64,000 bases of DNA from Eledone cirrhosa (GCA_964016885.1 CAXHJY010000001.1:558001-622000); one strand, 5' to 3'; positions 51,129-63,442 are shown, numbered from the stretch's first letter. Notes: a model not told the origin generated them from the letters alone. Numbers and translations: made by a program.

Positions 51129-53046
51129 CAGGGTCGGTGACAGACTAGCTGGCACCCTAGGCAAGCTGACAATCTGGCACCCTCAAAGGAAAATATCAAT
51201 TTCAAAATTTATAAACAAAAAAATATTTGTTTTATATTTTCACCATGTATTTGTCCCTGTATGAAATAAAACTGAAATATATCTATTTATTTATTTTTTT
51301 TAAATTGTTTAATTGGAGAAATGCCCCACTTGAAATTAGTGCCCTAGGCAGCTCCACTTGAAATCAATGCCCTAGGCAGTGCCACTTGAAATCAGTGCCC
51401 TAGGCAGAGCCACTACAAATCAGCGCCCTAGGCAGTGCCACTTGAAATCAGCGCCCTAGGCAGTGCCACTTGAAATCAATGCCCTAGGCAGCTCCACTTG
51501 AAATCAGTGCCCTAGGCAGTGCCACTTGAAATCAATGCCCTAGGCAGTGCCACTTGAAATCAGTGCCACTTGAAATCAGTGCCCTAGGCAGTGCCACTTG
51601 AAATCAATGCCCTAGGCAGTGCCACTTGAAATAAGTGCCACTTGAAATCAGTGCCCTAGGCAGTGCCACTTGAAATCAGTGCCACTTGAAATCAATGCCC
51701 TAGGCAGTGCCACTTGAAATCAATGCCCTAGGCAATGCCACTTGAAATCAGTGCCACTTGAAATCAATGCCCTAGGCAATGCCACTTGAAATCAGTGCCA
51801 CTTGAAATCAATGCCCTAGGTAGTGCCACTTGAAATCAATGCCCTAGGCAGTGCCACTTGAAATCAGCGCCCTAGGCAGTGCCACTTGAAATCAATGCCC
51901 TAGGCAGCTCCACTTGAAATCAGTGCCCTAGGCAGTGCCACTTAAATTCAGCGCCCTAGGCAGTGCCCCTTGAAATCAGCGCCCTAGGCAGTGCCACTTG
52001 AAATCAATGCCCTAGGCAGTGCCACTTGAAATCAGTGCCCTAGGCAGTGCCACTTGAAATCAGCGCCCTAGGCAGTGCCACTTGAAATCAATGCCCTAGG
52101 CAGCTCCACTTGAAATCAGTGCCCTAGGCAGTGCCACTTAAATTCAGCGCCCTAGGCAGTGCCCCTTGAAATCAGCGCCCTAGGCAGTGCCACTTGAAAT
52201 CAATGCCCTAGGCAGTGCCACTTGAAATCAGTGCCCTAGGCAGTGCCACTTGAAATCAATGCCCTAGGCAGTGCCACTTGAAATCAATGCCCTAGGTAGT
52301 GCCACTTGAAATCAATGCCCTAGGCAGTGCCACTTGAAATCAGTGCCCTAGGCAGTGCCACTTGAAATCAGTGCCCTAGGCAGTGCCACTTGAAATCAAT
52401 GCCCTAGGTAGTGCAACTTGAAATCAATGCCCTAGGCAGTGCCACTTGAAATCAATGCCCTAGTCAGTGCCACTTGAAATCAGTGCCCTAGGCAGTGCCA
52501 CTTGAAATCAATGCCCTAGGCAGTGCCACTTGAAATCAATGCCCTAGGTAGTGCCACTTGAAATCAATGCCCTAGGCAGTGCCACTTGAAATCAGTGCCC
52601 TAGGCAGTGCCACTTGAAATCAATGCCCTAGGTAGTGCCACTTGAAATCAATGCCCTAGGCAGTGCCACTTGAAATCAGTGCCACTTGAAATCAGTGCCC
52701 TAGGCAGTGCCCCTTGAAATCAGTGCCCTAGGCAGTGCCCCTTGAAATCAGCGCCCTAGGCAGTGTCCCTTGAAATCAATGCCCTAGGCAGTGCCACTTG
52801 AAATCAATGCCCTAGGCAGTGCCACTTGAAATCAGTGCCACTTGAAATCAATGCCCTAGGCAGTGCCACTTGAAATCAGTGCCACTTGAAATCAGTGCCC
52901 TAGGCAGTGCCCCTTGAAATCAGTGCCCTAGGCAGTGCCCCTTGAAATCAGCGCCCTAGGCAGTGCCCCTTGAAATCAATGCCCTAGGCAGTGCCACTTG
53001 AAATCAGTGCCCTAGGCAGTGCCACTTGAAATCAGTGCCCTAGGCA
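51129..53046. repeat. 28-bp satellite (~60 units, 51335-53046) extending from a CAGGG-started MITE-like leader
   Basis: GCCACTTGAAATCAGTGCCCTAGGCAGT units; the leader CAGGGTCGGTG..GCACCCTAGGC carries the same core. Confidence 0.9.
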
Positions 53047-53059
53047 CTTTGTTTCATTG

Positions 53060-53706
53060 GTATGTGTGTGATTGCACCTATGTAAATACCTGACGTGTGT
53101 GTACATGTATATATATATATATATATATGTGTGTGTGATTGCACCTATGTAAATACCTGACGTGTGTGTACATGTATATATATATATATGTGTGTGTGTG
53201 TGATTGCACCTATGTAAATACCTGCCGTGTGTGTACATGTATATATATATGTGTGTGTGTGTGTGATTGCACCTATGTAAATACCTGACGTGTGTGTACA
53301 TCATCATCATCATTTTACGTCCACTTTTCCCTGCTTGCAAGGGTGGGACGGGAACTGATTCTGGCTTGATTTCTACAGCTGGATGCCCTTCCTAACACCA
53401 ACCTCATTTACAGTGAGTGCTGGGTGCTTTTTTTTACCGTGGCACCTCCACGACCACTTTGCAGTGGAATGATATGGACCCCAGTCCCTATCATCTCATT
53501 TCTACAGCTGAGTAAACTGGAGCAATGTGAAATAAAGTGTCTTGCTCAAGGAAACAACACATCACCCGGTCTGAGAATTGAACTCACAACCTTTCGATTG
53601 CAAGGCCAACGCTCTAACCACTAAGCCATGTGCCTCCATATATGTATATATATATATGTGTGTGTGTGTGTGATTGCACCTATGTAAATACCTGACGTGT
53701 GTGTAC

Positions 53707-53747
<41 letters not shown>

Positions 53748-54072
53748 ATTGCACCTATGTAAATACCTGACGTGTGTGTACATGTATATATATATGTGTG
53801 TGTGTGATTGCACCTATGTAAATACCTGACGTGTGTGTACATATATATATATATGTGTGTGTGTGTGATTGCACCTATGTAAATACCTGCCATGTGTGTA
53901 CATGTATATATATATGTGTGTGTGTGTGTGTGTATCTGTTACATTGACGTAAGTTGAAAAACCTCTGTATAGTTTAGTCTTTGTCTGTGATGAGTCACCA
54001 GTAAAGATAGATATCAATCTATGTATATATATATACATACACACACGCACATATATATATATATATATACAT

Positions 54073-54112
<40 letters not shown>

Positions 54113-54208
54113 ACACACACACACATATATATATATATACATACACACATACACACATATATATATATATATATACATACACACACACACATATATATAT
54201 ATATACAT

Positions 54209-54241
<33 letters not shown>

Positions 54242-54244
54242 CAT

Positions 54245-54275
<31 letters not shown>

Positions 54276-54308
54276 CATACACACACACACATATATATAT
54301 ATATACAT

Positions 54309-54341
<33 letters not shown>

Positions 54342-54374
54342 CATACACACACACACATATATATATACATACAT

Positions 54375-54405
<31 letters not shown>

Positions 54406-54462
54406 CATACACACACACACATATATATATATATATACACACACACACATATATATATACAT

Positions 54463-54495
<33 letters not shown>

Positions 54496-54530
54496 CATAC
54501 ACACACACATATATATATATATTTATACAT

Positions 54531-54561
<31 letters not shown>

Positions 54562-54672
54562 CATACACACACATATATATATATATATATACACATACAC
54601 ACACATATATATATACATACACACACACACACATATATATATGTGTGGGTGTGTCTGTGTATGCATATACAC

Positions 54673-54740
<68 letters not shown>
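53060..54740. repeat. Compound minisatellite GATTGCACCTATGTAAATACCTGACGTG+(TA)n(TG)n and (TA/CA)n tract
   Basis: Direct reading; a SINE-A is inserted at 53300-53638 (-). Confidence 0.9.
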
Positions 54741-54744
<4 letters not shown>

Positions 54745-54786
54745 AATGAAAAAGTATAGAAATTATTATATATTATATATATATAC

Positions 54787-55420
54787 ATGGAGGCACATGG
54801 CTTAGTGGTTAGAGCAATGGACTGGCAATCGAAAGGTTGTGAGTTCAATTCTCAGACCGGGTGATGTGTTGTTTCCTTGAGCAAGACACTTTATTTCACA
54901 TTGCTCCAGTTTACTCAGCTGTAGAAATGAGATGATAGGGACTGGGGTCCATATCACTGTAAAGTGGTCGTGGAGGTGTCACGGAGAAAAAGCACCCAGC
55001 ACTCACTGTAATGAGGTTGGTGTTAGGAAGAGCATCCAGCTGTAGAGATCAAGCCAGAATCAGTTCCCGTCTCACCCTTGCAAGCAGGGAAATGTGGACG
55101 TAAAATGAAATGATGATGATGATATATTATCGGTAGAGGATTGGACGCCATGCTTTCCAATAGTTACCTCCAGCATAGTTACCTCCCTTTATGATCTGAG
55201 TTCAAATCCTGTCGAGGTTAACTTTACCTTTCATCCTTACGGGGTCGATAGAATAAAGTACCAGTAATACACTGGGATAATTGCTGGCCTTGTGCCAAAA
55301 GTAGAAACAATTATATATCTATAGGAGAATAAATGGGAGAAAGACAGTCTTCCCCACATCGACCCAATAGAGGGACCAGCAGTGTTAGTCGAAGGTAGTA
55401 TAATAAGTAAGGCAATCAAA
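54787..55420 (+). mobile_element. SINE-A, SINE-B and a short RTE fragment
   Basis: Same order as 57551-58146 (tandem duplication). Confidence 0.85.
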
Positions 55421-55580
55421 GCACCCAGTACACATTGTTGTTGGCATTAGGACAACCAGACATAGAAATGAAGCCAAAATCAGTTCAGTGTGAGCAAAAC
55501 ATGGTCCTCTGACATGGCTCGTCTAACCCATGCTAGCGTGGAAAATGGACGTTGAATGATGAAGATGATATATGCATACA

Positions 55581-56293
55581 CAGGGTCGGTGACAGACTAC
55601 CTGGCACCCTAGGCAAGCTGACAATCTGGCACCCTCAAAGGAAAATATCAATTTCAAAATTTTTAAATAAAAAAATATTTGTTTTATATTTTCACCATGT
55701 ATTTGTCCCTGTATGAAATAAAACTGAAATATATCTATTTATTTATTTTCTTAAATTGTTTAATTGGAGAAATGCCCCACTTGAAATTAGTGCCCTAGGC
55801 AGCTCCACTTGAAATCAGTGCCCTAGGCAGCTTCACTTGAAATCAGTGCCCTAGGCAGCTCCACTTGAAATCAGTGCCTTAGGCAGTGCCACTTGAAATC
55901 AGTGCCCTAGGCAGTGCCACTTGAAATCAGCGCCCTAGGCATTGCCGCTTGAAATCAGTGCCCTAGGCAGTGCCACTTGAAATCAATGCCCTAGGCAGCT
56001 CCACTTGAAATCAGTGCCCTAGGCAGCTCCACTTGAAATCAGTGCCCTAGGCAGTGCCACTTGAAATCAGTGCCCTAGGCAGTGCCACTTGAAATCAGTG
56101 CCACTTGAAATCAGTGCCCTAGGCAGTGCCCCTTGAAATCAGTGCCCTAGGCAGTGCCCCTTGAAATCAGAGCCCTAGGCAGTGCCACTTGAAATCAGTG
56201 CCCTAGGCAGTGCCACTTGAAATCAGTGCCCTAGGCAGTGCCACTTGAAATCAATGCCCTAGGCAGTGCCCCTTGAAATCAGTGCCCTAGGCA
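55581..56293. repeat. Second copy of the leader and 28-bp satellite (~18 units)
   Basis: Duplicate of 51129-53046 with a shorter array. Confidence 0.9.
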
Positions 56294-56351
56294 CTTTGTT
56301 TCATTGGTATGTGTGTGATTGCACCTATGTAAATACCTGACGTGTGTGTAC

Positions 56352-56383
<32 letters not shown>

Positions 56384-56618
56384 TTGTGATTGCACCTATG
56401 TAAATACCTGACGTGTGTGTACATGTATATATATATATATGTGTGTGTGTGTGATTGCACCTATGTAAATACCTGACGTGTGTGTACATGTATATATATA
56501 TATATGTGTGTGTGATTGCACCTATGAAAATACCTGCCATGTGTGTACATGTATATATATATATATATGTGTGTGTGTGTGATTGCACCTATGTAAATAC
56601 CTGACGTGTGTGTACATG

Positions 56619-56651
<33 letters not shown>

Positions 56652-56756
56652 ATCTGTTACATTGACGTATGTTGAAAAACCTCTGTATAGTTTAGTCATT
56701 GTCTGTGATGGGTCACCAGTAAAGATAGATATCAATCTATGTATATATATATACAT

Positions 56757-56815
<59 letters not shown>

Positions 56816-56912
56816 CATACACACACACACACATATATATATATACATACACACACACACGCATATATATATATATATAGATACACACACGCATATATAT
56901 ATATATATAGAT

Positions 56913-56943
<31 letters not shown>

Positions 56944-57172
56944 CATACACACATATATATATACATACACACACACATATATATACATACACGCACACAC
57001 ATATATATACATACACACACACACACATATATATATATATACATACACACACATATATATATATATATATACATACACACACACACATATATATATATAT
57101 ACATACACACACACACACATAGACGTGTGTGTGTGTCTGTGTATGCATATACTCATATATATATATATATAC

Positions 57173-57207
<35 letters not shown>

Positions 57208-57433
57208 GTAAAGTTATATTTAAAATTGTCTGATGAAGGCATAGCATATTGTTAATATGATATCCCCGAAATATATATAATGAAATAAATATGGTTTTAT
57301 AAATATAGTTTTCCATTTATGTAATATTGTATATATATATATATATATTATATAAATGAAAAAGTATAGAAATTATTATATATTATATATAATTAACAAC
57401 AAAGAACGCTTAGAGCATAGGTATATCTTTACT

Positions 57434-57479
57434 TGCTGACAGTGTTTCGTCCACACTATAAGTGGGAGTCATCAGAGCA
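57434..57479 (-). ncRNA. Minimal type I hammerhead ribozyme motif
   Basis: Minus strand: TGCT-CTGATGA-CTCCCACT-TAT-AGTGTGGAC-GAAA-CACTG-TC-AGCA; GUC site. Confidence 0.7.
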
Positions 57480-57550
57480 TAAGAGTGGATAAGTGGTGTG
57501 TTACACACTCCTGATCCTCTCCCTTATATACTATATATTATATATATATA

Positions 57551-58045
57551 CATGGAGGCACATGGCTTAGTGGTTAGAGCATTGGCCTTGCAATCGAAAG
57601 GTTGTGAGTTCAATTCTCAGACCAGGTGATGTGTTGTTTCCTTGAGCGGGACACTTTATTTCACATTGCTCCAGTTTACTCAGAAATGAGATGATAGGGA
57701 CTGGGGTCACTATCATTCCACTGCAAAGTGGTCGTGCAGGTGTCACGGAAAAAAAAGCACCCACCACTCACTGAGAATGAGGTTGGTGTTAGGAAGAGCA
57801 TCCAGCTGTAGAGATCCAGCCAGAATCAGTTCCCGTCTCACCCTTGCAAGCAGGGAAAAGTGGACGTAAAATGAAATGATGATGATGATATATTATCGGT
57901 AGAGGATTGGACGCCATGCTTTCCAGCATAGTTACCTCCCTTTATGATCTGAGTTCAAATCCTGTCGAAGTTAACTTTGCCTTTCATGCTTACGGGGTCG
58001 ATAGAATAAAGTACCAGTAATTCACTGGAATAATTGCTGGCCTTT
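57551..58045 (+). mobile_element. SINE-A followed by SINE-B
   Basis: Box A/B heads and family cores. Confidence 0.85.
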
Positions 58046-60490
58046 ATAGAAGAATAAATGGGAGAAAGACAGTCTCCCCCACATCGAACCAATAGAGGGA
58101 CCAGCCGTGTTAGTCGAAGGTAGTATAATAAGTAAGGCAATCAAAAACATGAAGACGGGTAAGGCGGCTGGGCCTTCAGAAATAGTTGCTGAAACGCTGA
58201 AAGCTTCTGGAACGGTGGGACACACCATGGTCACCCGGATAGTAAACCAAATCATACAGAATGAGGTTGTTCCGAAGGACTGGCGTAGCAGCATCATCAT
58301 TAACTGCTACAAGGGTAAAGGAGATGCCCTAGATAGGAGTAACTATAGAGGCATTAAATTAATCGACAAGGTCATGAAGGTCACAGAAAAAGTAATAGCG
58401 CAACTAATCAGAGAGAGAATTGATCTAGATGAAATGCAGTTCGGGTTTGTGTCAGGTAAAAGTACCACAGACGCTCTTTTCATTGTACGACAACTACAGG
58501 AGAAGTACCTAGCTAAAAGTAAACCCCTGTACTTAGCTTTTGTCGACTTGGAGAAAGCCTTCGACAGAGTTCCCCATTCCATTATCTGGTGGGCTCTTAG
58601 AAAACTCGGTGTTGATGAATGGCTTGTGAGAGCTATACAAGCCATGTATAAAGAAACAGTTAGCAAGGTTAGAATTAACAATGAATATAGTGAAGAGTTT
58701 AGCATAAAAGTTGGTGTCCATCAAGGCTCTGTTCTTAGCCCCCTACTATTTATTATTGCCCTTCAGGCTATAACAGAGGAGTTCAAGACCGGCTACCGAT
58801 GGGAACTCCTATACGCAGATGATCTAACGCTCATAGCTGAATCAATGGCCGAGCTAGAGAAGAAATTCCAAACATGACCTAGAATCAAAAGGCCTTAAAA
58901 TTAACCTGGCTAAGACTAAAGTTCTAGTTTGTAAGAAAGAAAATAAGGCGGCGGTCCCTTCCGGGAAGTGGCCATGCTCAGTGTGTAGGAAAGGCGTAGG
59001 TAGAAACTCCATTTTATGTCCCAAATGCAAAGTATGGATGCATAAAAGATGTAGTGGGATCACAGGTAAGCTAACTAAGAACATAGATTTTACATGTGGC
59101 CGGTGCTCTGGTGCAATAAGTAGCAGCAAGTGCCCACAGAATACTAGCTCTTTCAATTGCGCAGAGGGTTCTATAGAAATAGTGGACAGCTTCCGTTACC
59201 TGGGTGACAAAATCAGCAGTGGGGGAGGGTGCTCTGTAAGTACAGTAGCTAGAGTCAGAACTGGATGGAAAAAGTTCAGAGAGCTTATACCATATAGCGT
59301 AGATACTGGGTTGTATGAATGTAACAAGGAGACATGGTTTGTGTGTATAATATTTAATTAACAATTATGGATATATATAGAACAGTATAGTTGACATGTC
59401 AAAGTAATAGATGATAGAATGAAGCAAAGTTAGTAGTTACCGTTTTGATTGCCAGGCAAACGCGAGACGCCTGGCGAAGGCCAGGCGCCGGAAGGGCAAA
59501 TGAGAGAATGAGAACTTAAAGTTGTTAGTTTTATAGGGTTCTGACCAGAAGTTACAGAAAGGGTTCTACTTCCCGTCTAGATGTTGTTAATCTATTGGGG
59601 TTGTGAGTCACAACAAGGGAGACAACCGCTACAACCACTATTAGCCGCTAAAGGGTTCTCCCTAAAAATGAAAGGCAGGTTGTATAATGCCTGCATACGA
59701 ACAGCAATGTTGCATGGCAGTGAGACCTGAGCATTGTGTGTAGAGGATATACGCAGACTAGAGAGGAACGAAGCTTGCATGTTCCGCTGGATGTGTAATA
59801 GTAATATACGTGAACGGCAAAGCATAAACGAACTAAGGAAAAAATTAGAAATAAGAGGGATCAGATGTTGTTTACTCGAGAGAAGGCTACGTTGGTATGG
59901 TCACGTGATGCGCATGAAAGACGACAGCTGTATAACAAAGTGCAGGGCAATAAAGATAGACGGTAGCCACGGAGTAGGCAGACCCAGAAAAACCTGGGAC
60001 GAGCTGATAAATTCCGACCTCACACACTTACACCTCTCCAAGACAATGTCACTGGACCGAGACCTTTGGCGGTACTCAGTAATAGAGAAGACCCACCTTA
60101 CCTAAATACAAAGTAAAACCTACTACAGTCAGTAGGCATATCTAACAAAATTCACCCCCGTCCCACCCCCCACCCCATCCACACCGCCCCTTTCCATGTA
60201 AAGTTATGTTGGTGCCACAACATCCAGGCCGAAACAAATGAGATCGTGTAGGTGTCACGACAAAAAAACACAGTCCACGCTGTAATGTGGCCGTGTAGGC
60301 AACACGGTAAAAACCTCCCAGCCCCACACTGTAAATGTGGTTGGTGTTAGGAAGGGCATCCAGCTATAGAAAACCCGCCAGACAGTCCTATGCGAGCAAG
60401 ACAACCACTCTTGCCTCAAGTGGGAAAACTCCCGTCCAAACCCATGCAAGCGTGGAACACGGACGTTAAACGTTGATGATGATGATGATA
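58046..60490 (+). mobile_element. 5'-truncated RTE LINE with complete 3' UTR, interrupted by a solo LTR
   Basis: RT fragments 58107-58877, 58981-59290 and 59634-60105 (GRPRKTW); UTR ends GGACGTTAAACGTT(GAT)n. Confidence 0.93.
59293..59633. mobile_element. Solo LTR
   Basis: TATAGCG..CGCTACA short inverted termini and a 4-bp TSD ACCA; the RTE coding sequence resumes exactly after it. Confidence 0.8.
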
Positions 60491-60494
60491 TATA

Positions 60495-61036
60495 TATATA
60501 ACTCTTATCTTATTGAGCCCTCTCCAGATTTTGGTGTTTGTATTTATTATTAACTACTCTCTCACTTCTCTCTCTCTCTATGGCTTAGTGGTTAGAGCAT
60601 TGGCCTTGCAATCGAAAGGCTGTGAGTTCAATTCTCAAACCGGGTGATGTGTTGTTTCCTTGAGCAAGACACTTTATTTAACATTGCTCCAGTTTACTCA
60701 GCTGTAGAAATGAGATGATAGGGATTGCGGTCCCTATCATTCCACTGCAAAGTGGTCGTGGAGGTGCCACAGCAAAAAAGCCCCCATCACTCACTGTAAA
60801 TGAGGTTGGTGTTAGGAAGGGCATCCAGCTGTAGAAATCAAACCAGAATCAGTTTCCGTCCCACCCTCGCAACCAGGGAAAAGTGGACGTAAAATGATGA
60901 TGATGATGATACATATATATGTATATATATATATACATAAAACTCTTATCTTATTGAGCCCTCTCTATATTTTGGTCTTTGTATTTATTATTAACTACTC
61001 TCTCTCTCTTCTCTCTCTTCTCTCTCTCTCTCTCTG

Positions 61037-61070
<34 letters not shown>

Positions 61071-61222
61071 GTGCTGCTGCTGCTGACATTCTTAATGATA
61101 AAGAAGAAGATATACATTTCATTTTTTTAATGTTTTCTTTAATGTTTTCTTACAGTGTCACATGAAGCAATTTCTCTGGTCTCACATTTTCAAAATTCAA
61201 ATAATGTCTACCATGTAAAATA
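60495..61222 (+). repeat. Near-identical duplicate of 40575-41325 (contains a SINE-A)
   Basis: Direct comparison. Confidence 0.9.
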
Positions 61223-61286
61223 TGAAAATATCAGAAATTAATGTGAATTATTAAATATATTTAGACTTCCATATTTTTATTTTCAG

Positions 61287-61424
61287 TCTGTAAAACAGGT
61301 AAATTTGGAGCCAACTGTAAATACACATGTCACTGCGCAGATAACAGCAGGTGTAACAAAGAGACAGGTGTGTGTTCAGGTGGAGGATGTGCTGCTGGTT
61401 ATGAAGGTAGCAACTGTCAAACAG
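61287..61424 (+). CDS. Host gene exon: EGF-like module (intact)
   Basis: CAG|..|GTAAGT, 138 bp. CKTGKFGANCKYTCHCADNSRCNKETGVCSGGGCAAGYEGSNCQT. Confidence 0.85.
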
Positions 61425-61689
61425 GTAAGTACTGTAGTACAGATTTGTTTCTAACTTGATATATGAAACAAAACAACAGCAGGTGTAAAAAAACAGACAG
61501 AGACAGGTGTGATGCTGGTTATGATGATATAGATATAATACAGATGATATAGATATAATACAGATGATATAGATATCATATAGGTTGTAGAGATATAGTA
61601 TAGATGATATCACTATATCATAGATGACAACACTATAATATCATCATCTTCGTTTAACGTCCATCTTCCACACCAGCATGGGTTAGGCT

Positions 61690-61975
61690 CATCATCATTT
61701 TACGTCCACTTTTCCCTGGTTGCGAGGGTGGGACGGAAACTGATTTTGGCTTGATTTCTACAGCTGGATGTCCTTCCTAACACCAACCTTATTTTCAGTG
61801 AGTACTGGGTGCTTTTTTGGCACCTCCACGACCACTTTCTACAGCTGAGTAAACTGGAGCAATGTGAAATAAAGTGTCTTGCTCAAGGAAACAACACATC
61901 ACCCGGTCTGAGAATAGAACTCACAACCTTTCGATTGCAAGGCCAATGCTCTAACCATTAAGCCATGTGCCACCA
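61690..61975 (-). mobile_element. SINE-A
   Basis: Reverse complement of the 40663-41000 type, with a small deletion. Confidence 0.85.
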
Positions 61976-62067
61976 TATATATAGATGATATAATTATGAT
62001 ATTTATTATCTTGTATAGTGTTATATGTTGCTATAATTGTCATTGTTCTCATATGTTATACCCACAG

Positions 62068-62205
62068 TGTGTAAAACAGGTAAATTTGGACCCAACTGTA
62101 AATACACATGACACTGTGCTGATAACAGCAGGTGTAACAAAGAGACAGGTGTGTGTTCTAGTGGAGGATGTGCTGTTGGTTATGAAGGTAGCAACTGTCA
62201 GACAG
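62068..62205 (+). pseudogene. EGF-like exon copy with in-frame TGA at a Cys (62109-62111)
   Basis: CAG|..|GTAAGT, 138 bp. CKTGKFGPNCKYT*HCADNSRCNKETGVCSSGGCAVGYEGSNCQT. Confidence 0.85.
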
Positions 62206-62368
62206 GTAAGTGGTGTAGTATAGCTTTGTTTCTAACTTAATATATTGGGTTATTACATGGAAGGGAAACATGTATGCTACATGTGTTAGAAGTGACATGA
62301 TTTATCGGAGCAAGGAGCTGTCCTTCGACCGCATACTCATGCAGAACATTCCATATTTTTATTTTCAG

Positions 62369-62560
62369 GGTGTAAAACAGGTAAATTTGGACCTAACTGT
62401 AAACACACATGTTACTGTACTAACAACAGCAGGTGTAACAAACAGCTAGATGTAACACAGAGACAGGTGTGTGTTCCAGTGAAGTGTGTGGTGATGGTTA
62501 TGAAGATAGCAACTGTAAGACAGGTGTGTTACAGTAGAGGGTGTGGTGCTGGTTATGAAG
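62369..62560 (+). pseudogene. Degenerate EGF-like exon copy with internal duplication and frameshift
   Basis: CKTGKFGPNCKHTCYCTNNSRCNKQ, then an extra AGATGTAACACAG. Confidence 0.75.
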
Positions 62561-62582
62561 AAGTGGTACATAGTTTCTGTTA

Positions 62583-63190
62583 CTTGCAGTGGAGGAAGGT
62601 GTTCTGAAAGCACAATAGCCAGTGTGAGAATGGGTTGAAGAAAGTTCAGTGAGCTACTAAATCCCCACCCCTCACCCATGCCCCTAAATCTACCTCCTCA
62701 ATCCCCATGCAACTGCCCCACTCAAGTCCCCAGTCCACACTGTAAAGTGGTTGTGATAGTGCCACAACGAAAATGCCCAGCCCACACTATAAAGTGGTGA
62801 TGTTGGTGACACAAAATGTGCCCAGCCCTCATTGTAAAGTGGTTGTGATAGTGCCACAACAAAAATGCCCAGCCGACACTGTAAAGTGCTTGTGATAGTG
62901 CCACAACAAAAAGTGCCCAGCACACACTGTAAAATGGTTGTGATAATGCCACAACAAAAAGTGCTCAGCTCTCATTGTAAAGTGGTCAAGTTGGTGACAC
63001 AACAAAAAGTGCCCTGTCCACACTGTAAAGTGGTTGGCATTTGGAAGGGCATCCAGCCATCAAAACCAATCCCAAATCAGTTCTGCATAAGCAAGACATG
63101 GCCATCTGACCCAACTTTTCTCACAATGGGACAGTATATCTAACCCATGCTAGCATAGAAAATGGACATTATATGGTAATGATGAGGATG
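62583..63190 (+). mobile_element. RTE fragment and 3' UTR with an internal ~49-bp tandem expansion
   Basis: AGTGGAGGAAGGTGTTCTGAAAGCACA.., repeated CACACTGTAAAGTGGTTGTGATAGTGCCACAAC, then the tail. Confidence 0.7.
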
Positions 63191-63257
63191 ATGATTATCT
63201 TGTATAGTGTTATATGTTGTTGTTGTTGTCATTGTTCTCATATTTTTATTTCCACAG

Positions 63258-63394
63258 TCTGTAGAAATGGTATATTTGGAGCCAATGTGGCAACACATGC
63301 CACTGTGTTGACAACAGTAAATATAACAAACAGACAGGTGTGTGTTCTAGTGGAGGATGTACTGCTGGTTATGAAGGTAGCAACTGTCAGACAG
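63258..63394 (+). pseudogene. EGF-like exon copy with a 1-bp deletion
   Basis: CAG|..|GTAAGT, 137 bp; GCC AA- TGT versus GCC/CCA AAC TGT in paralogous exons. Confidence 0.85.
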
Positions 63395-63442
63395 GTAAGT
63401 GGTGTAGTATAGCTTTGTTTATAACTTAATATAGTGGGTCAA

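Noticed and set aside
54787-54862. tRNA genes at SINE heads
   Set aside because: Box A/B motifs are present, but each runs into a shared SINE body and tail, and I could not see a proper acceptor stem.
41449-57316. Many YI/HT/CV-rich ORFs
   Set aside because: Stop-free (TA)n/(CA)n microsatellites.
16981-63394. Assigning a gene symbol such as MEGF10, SCARF or a PTPR
   Set aside because: The start, signal peptide, transmembrane and cytoplasmic exons are not visible, so orthology cannot be established.
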